A stretch of DNA of 64,000 nt. Source: Rhizaria sp. SCN 62-66. Lineage: Eukaryota. The position numbers and the translations under genes were made by a program. The notes below the pieces were generated by a model. It saw only the letters and a list, made by a program, of their open reading frames with translations. It was not told the DNA's origin and did not search any database. The stretch lies in NCBI GenBank assembly GCA_001724265.1, contig MEDY01000026.1:1-64000 (forward strand), written 5' to 3'. Every line of letters begins with the position of its first letter. Within the stretch, counting starts at the first letter, position 1. Positions 37,630 through 47,871 of the stretch are shown here, piece by piece.

Positions 37630-40600
37630 GTTGTTGCTGCTGGAGACTGAGGGCCTCGTAAGCGGCGTGGAGCGCCGCATACTGGCGGTGCAGCTCAGTC
37701 AGCTGACTGTGAGCCGCGGCGCCCTGGCTGTGCATGGCGCCGTACTGCTCGTGCAGCGCAGCGTACTGCGCAGTGACTTCGCTGTCGTGGCTGTGCAGTG
37801 CAGCGTACTGACTCTGCAGCGCGCTGCGCTCAGTCTCCAGCGCGTTCTGATCGGTCTGCAGCGCACTGTGCTTGCTCTGCAGTGCGGCGAGCTCAGTCTG
37901 CAGCGCGAGATGCCCCGTCTCCAGCGTTGTGCACTGCGCCTGGAGGGACTCGCACTTCGAGGCAAGAGTCGTACACAGAGTTTGCAGAGTTTCGCACTGC
38001 TCCTGCAGCGGTTGGCTAAACGCATTCCCGTCGCTCTTGCTCGCGTCACTACTTGACTGCTGTTGCTGCGCCGTCTTCTGCAGCTCTGCGAGTGTGTTCC
38101 TGAGTCTGTTGCTCTCAGCGCGTTCTTGCCCTGCCTCCGCGCACACAGCGGCCAAGGCCTGGTGCAGCTCGGTGAACTCTGCTCCGAGCGTGGCATACGC
38201 GCCGCGGAGCGTCTCAGCCTCGCTGCGCACGCTCGCAAGCTCTGCGGTGACCGCGGCGAGCGCGGCTGTCTTGGCCTCAAGCTCGGCAGCCGCGTCCGAA
38301 CTGACTTGCTGTTGCTCCAGCTGTTGTTGCAGCTGTTGCAGCGCGGCGCCCAGAGCGTTGTGCTCTGTTGCGAGGACGGCGAGGTGGCCCACGGCGGTAT
38401 CGCGCTCAACAGCAACGCGCTCACAGTCACTGCGCAGCTGTTCACAGTCGCCGTGGAGAGTATCGCGTTGCGCAGTGAGATCGGCGCACACCGCGGTGAG
38501 CTGTTGGCATCCTGTGGTGGCGGCGTCGAGCTGTGCAATAAACAGATCGCGCTCAGCAGAAACGCTACCGCGCTCCAGAATGGCGTTATCACGCTCAGCA
38601 GCGAGCGCAACGCGTTGCGTCGCCTCGCTATCACGCTCTGTGACAGCAGCATTGCGGGCGGCAACTGCAGCGTCGCACTCAGCCACACTGCAATTGCGCT
38701 CCGTCACCGCGCCATCGCGCTCTGTGATCGCATGGTCCCGCTCCGCAACAGCGCGGTCCCGGTCAGCAACAACACGCTCGCACTCTGCGACAGCGCGGTC
38801 ACGGTCAGCAAGAGCGCGGTCCCGGTCAGCCACAGCTCGGTTGCGCTCGAGTGCAAATGCATCGCGCTGCGCAGCCACGGCGTCGCGCTCGGCCAGGATC
38901 GCGGCGCGCTCTTTCAGCGCGCGCGCACGGTCCACTAGAGCCGCCGCGCTCGCAGCGGTGCTCGCGCGGGCCTCGGCGTGGGTCGGGCTGACCGGAGCCG
39001 CGGTCGACTGCGGCTGCTGTTGCTGTTGTTGTTGCTGGTGGTGGTCGAGTGTGAGGGCATCGTTGGCCTGGGTAAGAGCCTCAACGGACTGGCTAAGGGC
39101 TTCGTTGGCGGCGGAGAGCGCGGCCTTGGACTCGGCCGCCGCGATAAGCTCGAACTCAAGGGCCTCCTTGTCGCATGTCAGGGCATGCTGCGAGGATGTA
39201 AGAGCCTCGTTCGCGGCCAACAGCGAATGCGTCGTCGCCGCAAGCGCCTCTTTCTCGGTGTTGAGCACGCGTGTCTCTCCTTCTAGCGCTTCGTTGGCAG
39301 ATGTAAGGGCCTCAACGCGGGATGTAAGTACCTCGATCTGCGACGTAAGTGCCCCGTTGTCAGCAGTCAGCGCTGCCACAGTCTGCTCCAGCGCCAACAT
39401 ACGCTCACGGTCAGTGTTGGCACTGGCACTATCACGGCCCTCACGCTCGCGCTCACGGTCACTCGACGTGAGGTAAGCCGCCTCGCGCTCAGCGCGCTCC
39501 GCGCGGGCCACAGCGTCGGCAGTCTGGCTCTGCGCCTGCAGCACTAACGCTTGCGCCTGCTGATGCAACAACGACATCTGTTGACGCGCTTCTTCCCGCA
39601 CTTGCTGTTGCGCCAGCGCTGTCTCAGCGCGCGCGGCCTCGGCCTCGGCGGCAAGCACACTGCAGCGCTCGGAAAGCACCGCCACGGCGGCCGCGGCGTC
39701 ACCCTGCAGCTGCGTCAACTGCGTGCGCACTGCGAGGAAGTTTAGCCGCATCGTCTCGAACTCGCCGCTGCTCACAGCCGCCGCCTCAGCAGTCGTCGCT
39801 TCGGCGGGCGCTGTGGCGTCGCGCACTGGCTCGGCCGGATGACTCTCAGTCGCAGTCGCTGATGCAGCTACCGGCACGGGCGACACCGCGCCCTTCACCG
39901 CATCAGACATGGAATGGCCATTGTTGCTGTTGTCTGGGCGACTCGAGACGACACCAGTCCCGCTAGCGGCGGCGGCGGCGGCGGCGGCAGCGCGGCGACG
40001 TTGGTGCTTGAGCTGAGCCCTCTCCAGCAGCGACAACGGCGGCAACCTGCCGCTGCCGCTGCCACTGCCGCTGCTGGCGCCACTGATGTCGCTGCTGTGG
40101 GGACTCGAGTGACTCTGGGCGCCGTCACCGCGGTTCACTGGGCTGTACGGGGACACGGGGGCCGACGCGGTCGCAGTGGCAGAGCCCGCGTGTTGTTTTC
40201 CAGGTACCGCCGTCGCCGTGTCGCCGTTGTCGGTGTTGTTTGTCGCCGCAGGCGAGTGAGTCTGTGACTGGGAGGCAGACGAGCGCGCGCGCGCGTTTGC
40301 GTGCGCGGGAGTCTCATATGCACCTTTCCCGCCGTCTAAGGGGTACCTAGATGGGTTCGCGGCGATGTCAACGACACCCCAGCGCGACAATTCAGCGTCA
40401 CCGGCGGTATCGTTGTGATTGTTTTTAGTATCATCGGCGCCAGGTGAGTAACGGACGTGCAGCGGGGACGGACCCCCCCAGTTCTGCACATTCCCTCCAT
40501 GAGCACTTGCACTCGCGCTTGCGGCTGCGTCACCCTTGCGGTCCACACTCTCAGGAATGTGAGTGCCTTGCCCCTCGTAAATGCCCTGGTATCCGTCAGT

Positions 40601-43048
40601 GTACACCTCGGGCAAGTGGAACTTCACCGTGGGACTGGACGCGGCCGAGTCACCCAGTAACCGCCGCCATGCCTCCCGCATTTGCATTTGCGTCGTCGGT
40701 GTCGTCGCAGCGAGCCCACTAACAGCAGCCGCGGGCGCGGGTGCGGGCTCGGACTCGGGCAGAGCCGAGCGTGTTGTGACCGTGGCCACCGCGGCGGTGG
40801 CAGAAGCGGCTGATTGCGACGACACCGACTCACCGGCCGTGCCGCTGCTGCTGGGCGCCGTGGCGGCAGGCTTGGCGGGAGTGCCTGCTGCTGTGCTGTA
40901 GGCGTTGGCGGAGGCGAGCAGAGCCCGCAGCCCTGCAAATGCTGCTGCGTCCTGTTCGCTGTCAGCGCCAAAAGCAAGCGCATCTGCATCGATCTCAGCC
41001 CCGGTCTCGGTGTCAGCGCCAGCATCAGCACCGTGGGGTGCAGCAGCATGCGGTGACGTCGTCCCACCCTCTGAGACGTCATGCTCCGCTTTGGCCTGCT
41101 GCTGCTGCTGCTGTTGTTGCTGTTGGAGCTGCTGTTGTTGTAACTGCTGGAACTTGCGCCAGAGCCGCATACGGCGCCGGCCCCTGCGGAGCGCGCCGCG
41201 GACCACCGAGCCCAGCGCGGCCGCCGACGGTGCGCGCGAGCCCAGGGGACTGTCGGTCGCCGCCGCCGCCGCCACCGGCCCAGCACCAGCGCCAGCGCCA
41301 GCGCCAGAGCCCGCGCCGGCGACAGCGCCAGAGCCAGCGCCGGGGGCCGGGGTCCGACTGTGACGATGCGTGTGCGTGTTAGCGTGAGCTGCGGCTGAGT
41401 GGCCGTGGCCGTGGCCGTGGGCGGTGGGTGTGTGCGACTGGGACGACAGCGAGCTATCAAGGCTGCCATCATTGCTCTCGCCGCTATCGCGACTCGTGTT
41501 CAGAGCCTGCGTGCGCATGCGCTGGCCGTCGCTGTCAGTCTCGTCGCTGCTGCCACGGCTATCTAGCCGCTGCCGCTGCTGCTGCTGCTGTTGCAGCTGC
41601 ACGTGACTGTGAGCGTAAACCGACTGCGCATGCGCGCGCGGCAGCGACTGCGGGCCGAGTGACCGAGAGCCGACCGAGACAACTGACCGCGTGTCCTGCG
41701 GTGATTGGGGGTAGTACGCCGACGGCGGACGCGTCGTCGCCGCTCCGACAGCGGCAGAGGCCACCGCGCTTGCCGCAGCGTCGGAAGCATTGCCGTCCGA
41801 GTCAGCATAGCTGAAGCCGTACCCGTGGTGCACCTCAGCAGCAGCGGCAGGAACACCAACGCCGATATCCTTGTTCTTGGTGATGCTTTGGTCGTCGCTC
41901 GCGTCAGGACCGCGAGATGAGCCTGCTGCCTCAGCTTCGGCCTCCAACGACGCAGCAACGGCCGCGAACGACGACAGCGGAGCGCTGCCAGCGTTGGCGT
42001 CAGCACGTGTACTGCTGCTATCGCGATCTCCAGCACGAGTACTGTCAATCGCGTTGTTGGTGTCACTATGGTCGTTTTTGTTTGCAGCAGGAGCAGAGCT
42101 CTTGGCCCTAGCAGCGGCTAAGTGCGCCGTGAACGAAGACAGGAACGCCACCGCGACTGGCGACCTGGGGGTGTCACGGCCACGGTCGCCGCTAGTGCTG
42201 ATAGGCGCAGCAACAGAGCCACTGCCACTGCCAGGACCCGCGCCAGCAATAGCGCCAGCGCCAGTGTCCAGGACTGGAGTGAACGGCGAGCCGAAGGGGG
42301 ACGTGCGGACGGCTGTCCCGCTAGTGTCACTGTGCCGCGCCATGCTGGCGTTGCCGTGCCGCAGCATGGGCGTTGTGTGACTGAACGAGACGTGTGCCTG
42401 CCGCGGCTGTTGCGTGCGTGACTGAGCTTGCAACCGCGATTGAGGCTGCGTCTGCGAGAGAGACTGTGTTTGTGACAGCGACGACTGCTGCGGCTGCTGC
42501 TGAGTCTGCGAGGAGTGGGACTGCGTCACAGACAGCGACTGTGCTTGTTGTAAGTGCGCTTGTAGAGAGTGCGAACGCAGCCACGATGCCGACAGCAGCG
42601 GCCTCTGGTACGCAGCCGCGCTCAGTGACGACGTTTCCTGCGAGTGCAAGCGCGAGTGCAACGGCCTCTGATGCGCAGCGCTGCGTGAGCCGACATCGTG
42701 CGCCCCAGAAACCGCCGAGGTTGTACCGCCGCTGTTGCTATTGCTGTTGTTGGCGTAGACTGAGACGTGCGCGGGCGACACCGGCCGCGAGCGCGCGGGG
42801 GCCGGGGACGAAAACACAGCGCTCTCGTCCTCTGCAGACGGAGCGAAGGTGGCGAACGCGGGGCTGGTGATGCGCGCGCGGTCCGCGGGCGTGGAAAAAA
42901 CGCGGTCCGCCGATGCAGTGGTTGCTGCGGCAGCGCATGGAGACGTCGCGGGGCGCTGTGAGGGCGGCGGCGGCGACGGAGGAGGCGGCGGGCCGTAGTG
43001 GGCGACGCCGACTGCAGCGGCTGTCGGGGGACCCGGGGGAGAGGACAT
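32408..43048 (-). CDS. Giant single-exon coiled-coil membrane protein (~3,546 aa) with internal TM segment, Cys-Pro repeats and about 3 C-terminal TM segments; one in-frame TAG
   Basis: ORF 37616..43048 and ORF 32408..37534 are in the same frame, separated only by TAG 37618-37616 inside a CAG/CAA tract. Long heptad regions; hydrophobic LLLPLLLLPLLLGGAVLVSL near 35705-35770; hydrophobic segments near 32560-32950. Ends TAA. Confidence 0.8.
33781..34040 (-). repeat. Coding Cys-Pro tandem repeats (CPEPVT/CPPVA, 5-8 aa units)
   Basis: Translation CPPAATCPPPVACPPVTCPPVACPHAVVCPEPVTCPEPITCPEPVACAGPLSCPEPVACAEPVACPEVPAVACPEVPTVTCPEC. A second block (CAEPVQ, with a perfect 18-nt duplication) lies at about 34820-35035. 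Confidence 0.9.
35860..36130 (-). repeat. Coding 21-nt heptad repeat (AAAKAEA)n
   Basis: Translation EAEAAAAKAEAAAAMAEAATAKAEAAAAKAEA...AAAKAEAAAAKAEATAAKAEAAAAKSEADAAKAEA. Confidence 0.85.
38575..38900 (-). repeat. Coding 21-nt heptad repeat (ERDRAVA-like)n forming coiled coil
   Basis: Translation ERDAVAAQRDAFALERNRAVADRDRALADRDRAVAECERVVADRDRAVAERDHAITERDGAVTERNCSVAECDAAVAARNAAVTERD. Confidence 0.85.
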
Positions 43049-43822
43049 CGCGCCGAGTTTGGATAATAAGGGCGCTTCCTGGGAGTAACAACAGATGGGT
43101 GTGTTGGGGCGAAATGAATTTTTGAATGGTGAGTATGGTGAGGGGTGAGCAAGAAGGAAAGAGAACGCTCAGGTTTGCACTCGAGAGCGGGGATACCGGA
43201 AGGTCCAGAAGCCTGAGATCAACGAGAGTAAGTTTGAAAAATAAGTTGATAGTAGAACAGATAGATTGATTTACATAATCCAAATTTCAGAGCTGTTATC
43301 GGACATTGCAGTGTGTATCACTCTTTGCAAGTTCAGTATTCCCTTCCCGCCTCCCACCTCGCTTGGCCTTGTCCACGCGCCATCGTCCTGCCGAAGTCAT
43401 CATGAGCGTAACCTATTATAACTCAACACTGTGCCTCACACAACAATCGATCAAAATGTCAACTTAAACATATAATTATCACGCCGATTTTGAGCAGCTT
43501 CATTAGTTTTCACGTCATTTCATGATACTTGTTCCGTGCGATGTGAAACAAAATGTCGTTGGTCTCGGCAAGAAGAGATGTTTGTATTGATTCTGCAGCG
43601 TATCTCTCTCAAAAACAAAGCAAGATGTGGTATAGATAGTTATTATATAATAATGTGTCTTAGGTAATAGTATTCTTCACGAAACAAAAGCAAACGACGA
43701 CGCAAGAACACTACGCCCATTGCTCCGTTATTTTTGTCTCATCAATCTCTCAGTTCTTCTGAGCTCACAGCCATCAGTCACACAACAAACCGCAGCTGCT
43801 ACTCGGACAACGAGCGGTTCGT

Positions 43823-45518
43823 TTAGAGCTCATCGCGGGGCATCTTGCCGTCCCACTTCTGCGTCTTGGCGATCGCAGGCAGCTTGCTGACCGAGATGAC
43901 GCTCTCGCGGCCCGAAACGAGGCGGTCGACGAAGGAGCTGATGCCATCGGCGCTGAACGAGCCCAGCATAGGCGCGAACTTGCCCTTGGCGACGTTGACA
44001 GCCGCCAGCGCCGGGTACCCCGCGCCGCCGACCTCGAGCGCCTGCTCCAGCGCGCTCTGCCGGTTGCCCTGCGCCCAGACCCAGCCGACCGAAGAGCGCT
44101 TGAGCTTGGCGGCGGCCTTGGTAAGCTCGGCGATGTACCCGTTGCGGCCCTCGATGCCAGAGTCGAGCACGTTGGGCAGGAACGCGACGACGCAGAGCGT
44201 CTTCTCCGCGCAGCCGTCGAACGTGGACTGGTCGACCAGCTCCACGGGGGTCGGCGCGGGCGTGTGCTTGTCGGCTTCATTGCTCACGTAGGTCACGATG
44301 TCACTCGCCGTGCGGCCGCCGTTGTAGTCGGAGGGCTTGCGCTTGTCGCCGTAGCCGAAGACCTTGACGGTGGGGTAGCCGCGGACGTCGTACTTCTGGC
44401 ACAGCGACTGGTGCTGCGTGCAGTCGACGTTCGCGAGGTGCGCGGTGCGGCCCTTAAGCTGGCGAGCAGCCTGTTAGCGGTTAGAGAAGAGGAAAGTACG
44501 AATAACAGAGACAGAGACGATATGTAAAGTGAGGTGTTGACGGATATGGGCGTTTTAGAAAATAATTTCGTAAATTATCACTATACAGGAAGTACATGAA
44601 CACTATATAGCCCCAATAGTTTCTTAAAGCAAGACTAAGACGTGTGTTTTGATGAGTTGTAGCAGTTGTAGCAGTGCGTACCTGCGAGTACTCGGGCTTG
44701 AGGCGCTGGCAGTGGCCGCACCAGGGCGCCGTGAACGACACAAGCCAGAAATCCTTGGAGTTCATCACCTTGCTGTTGAAGTCGCTCTCGGTGAGCTCGA
44801 TGACGGAGCCCGAACCAGCATTGGAGGAGCCAGCGCCGTTGTTGCTGCCGTTGCTCGAGCCGGAGTCCTTAGACTTGGAGCTGGAGCTGGAGCTCGAGGC
44901 GGAGGAGCCGGAGGTCTTGCCGGTGAGGCGGCCGGAGACAATGCTGCGCGCCTCGCGGAGGGCGGCGTCGGCGAGGCCCTTAGCGTTGCGCTCGCCGTTG
45001 TAGTCGGCAGGGCTCTTCTTGTTGGCGCCGAAAACCTTGATCGTGGGGAAGCCCTTGACCTAAGCAAGAAGAGATACCAAGACAAAGAGAATCGATTTAA
45101 GGATTGAGCGTGAGAATCAGGATACAGCTAATAGGATTCAATACAGGAGTCTCCATGTAATTCGCCAGACGTGGATATCATGAGACATATCGTTGATTTC
45201 GGGAGTATTCGGATGACGAACCTGGAAGCGGGAGGCCAGCGCCTCGGCCTGGGTGGCGTCAACAGCGCCGACCTTGACGATGCCCTTAAGCACGGAAGCA
45301 GCCTTCTTGTACTCGGGCGCAAGCGATACGCAGTGGCCGCACCAGGGCGCGAAGAACTCGACGATCCACGGGTCAGGGGAGTTCGCGACGAGGGAGTCGA
45401 AGTTGGCGGCCGTGAGCTGCACGACGTCGTCGCCGGAAGTGTACAGCGCGTGGGCCGCGCCGGCGAGGAGGAACACGACCGCAAGGGACGCAATGCGGAG
45501 GGCGCGGGAGAACAACAT
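43823..45518 (-). CDS. PDIA6: Protein disulfide isomerase, P5/PDIA6 type (~440 aa; 3 exons)
   Basis: Exons 45518-45222, 45059-44682 and 44470-43823. Signal peptide followed by LYTSGDDVVQL; two APWCGHC thioredoxin sites; GFPTIK and GYPTVK; a non-catalytic b domain; ER-retention RDEL then TAA. Confidence 0.93.
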
Positions 45519-46165
45519 GCGCGCGGGGATGCTGGTTCTGCAGAGGGGATGAAGCAAAAAAAATAAGTGCCGAAAGAGGCGTGTGAGTGTGACTGGAAAG
45601 ACGGTGAGAGAATGTGCGAGTTTGCGAGCGGGCGCCTCAAAAAAATAAGGGTGAAAACAAAAAGGCAAGTAGCTCGGGGTTCGTAAGCACGCAGTTGCAG
45701 CGTGATCGCGGTTTGAGGCGCGGCGCTGGTAGAAAGTGAATGTGCATAGGCGGTGTGCTGACGTAAGCACAGCGACCGCAAACATGCCAATCAGAGCGAG
45801 TTACGGCGCAAGAGCGCGTATAACAATTGTCAAGCAATGTAAGCGCGCACATGTTCCGGTCGAAAAAGATTAATACTTGACAGCGAACGATCGATATCGG
45901 CCCTAATCACGATCGAGAAGTGGTCGTCTTCGCGATCAAATCTGTCCCGACAACTAAAAATTGTTTTTCATTTTTTGCGAACCTACTAGAGTTCGGAGCT
46001 TCCACCACCAACTTGTTTCGCTCATTTTGAGAACGCATATCTCGATACAATGACCGTCAAGCGAGATCCTGCGATCTTTTCTCGAAAGTGTCACCACTTG
46101 ACAATACTCACAATTCTTAACGCTTGAACAGCCGCGCGTTACACCTACATCCGCCCGAAACTCCG

Positions 46166-46564
46166 ATGACTAGGTTACAGTGCTGCCACAGCTCCGTCAA
46201 GATAGCCACTCGCGGCGTGCCAGCAGCCTCCTCGATACTTTCCCGCATTTTCTCTGCACCTAAGGCTACCCCTGCAATCTCTTCTCTTCTTGCACGGGGC
46301 AGCGCCGCTTCTGATTCTTACAGGCAGGTACAACACTCGCGCCAGCACCAACCGCAGCTTGCCACACTGAGCAACGCATGCTCTCTCATCACTCCTCTTG
46401 CCGAGACGCAAAACACTGCAGCTGTCACACCGCTCGCTGTTTTCAATGATGCCGCTACTAGTGTGGTTGCTTCAGTAAAGACATCAGCCGTAAAGGACGA
46501 GTATGCGCACTTGAACTTGGTGCCGGTCGACGTGTTGTTTGGCACGCCTGCACCTGTCGCAACA

Positions 46565-46619
<55 letters not shown>

Positions 46620-47074
46620 CGATCACAAACAACAACACCACGAGCAGCAGCACAAGTGGCAGCGGTGACAGCAAGACGACACCTGTAGCTGCTGAGCAAA
46701 AGACATCGCAAACAACTCCTGCTGCGACTCCAACTGCTGCAGCAACTGCAGCCGCTACTCCTCCTGCTGTTGTTGCGTCTGCAACCGGCCTTGACGCTGC
46801 TGCAACTGCTGCGATCGCCGCAGCGGCCGCGGCCGACACGGCCGCCGTGAGCGACTCCGTGCTGTCCCCTGCAACGGCGTCGTCCGTGGCCGCAGCCGTC
46901 GCGGCCGCTTCCCCGCCTATCAATGATGATGGCTGGCCGGTGGATGTCGCCACCGGCGCGCCGCTGGAGCCGGAGCCGTGGCAGTGCTGCGGCAATGACT
47001 GCATCAACTGCGTGTGGATCCAGTACGAAGAGCAGGTTAACAAGTATAAGGATGCACTCGCAAAGCGCAGGTGA
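46166..47074 (+). CDS. OXLD1: Oxidoreductase-like domain protein (OXLD1/UPF0651 family), probable mitochondrial (~302 aa)
   Basis: C-terminal PLEPEPWQCCGNDCINCVWIQYEEQV matches the P-x-CC-x-x-x-C-x-x-CVW motif. First in-frame ATG at 46166. A (GCA)15 polyAla tract lies at about 46571-46615. Ends TGA. Confidence 0.82.
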
Positions 47075-47871
47075 GAGTCAGGTGATTTATGGGCGTTCGA
47101 CTTACTCGCCGATAACTTATGACGACCTGCTGTGGGACGCGATATCGGTTGACATTGATTCACTTTAAATGCTTGAGAACTGAAAAGTTAACTAAGCGAG
47201 CTATCTAGTTTATTTATTCGCGTTATCTAGAAGTTAATAGACCAATCATTACTGTATAGTTTTTACCCTATGCTACTGTATAATATCCCACGTTGAGTGT
47301 GACAACACTTATTGGTGTTGAGAATCCTGTTCAAAGATGTACACAAAACCAAATCATATCGCTATTTTGAATGATATCACGTAAGTTTCGACGCGAATTT
47401 GCGACGTGTGCGTGTCTGCGTTGGATGCGCGCGTGTGGTGCGTGCTTTGCCGACACTATTAACTTGTGGTCGCTTTTGAGTTGCACACATAGAAGCTCAG
47501 AATAGGTACAGATCCCCCAAAAATAGCACACACTAACTAAAATGTGCTTGCAACACTACAATGTATGCTGGATTTTCCGGATAAACTTGCAAACACTTGG
47601 TATTCATTGCAAAATCGATTCTCACCACAAACGTCTTTTGCTGGTTGCCATCAACCAGACGAAGATACGCCGAATTTTTAGCAAGATTTTCCACAAGAGA
47701 ACCGCAGTGAAACAAAGTGTACATAGTATTAACATATATAAACACATGCGAAACATTTTTCTTCACTATAGCTGCCTAGATACTCACACGGAATGATGAG
47801 TCCTCTTGTTTTGTAACATCCGATCGCAAACAGGTTCTTCGATTGAGCACAACCCATTCAAATCGCCCACA

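Noticed and set aside
33781-38900. Tandem 18-21-nt repeats as a CRISPR array or mobile element
   Set aside because: The units are degenerate, in frame and protein-coding, with no unique spacers, cas genes or transposase.
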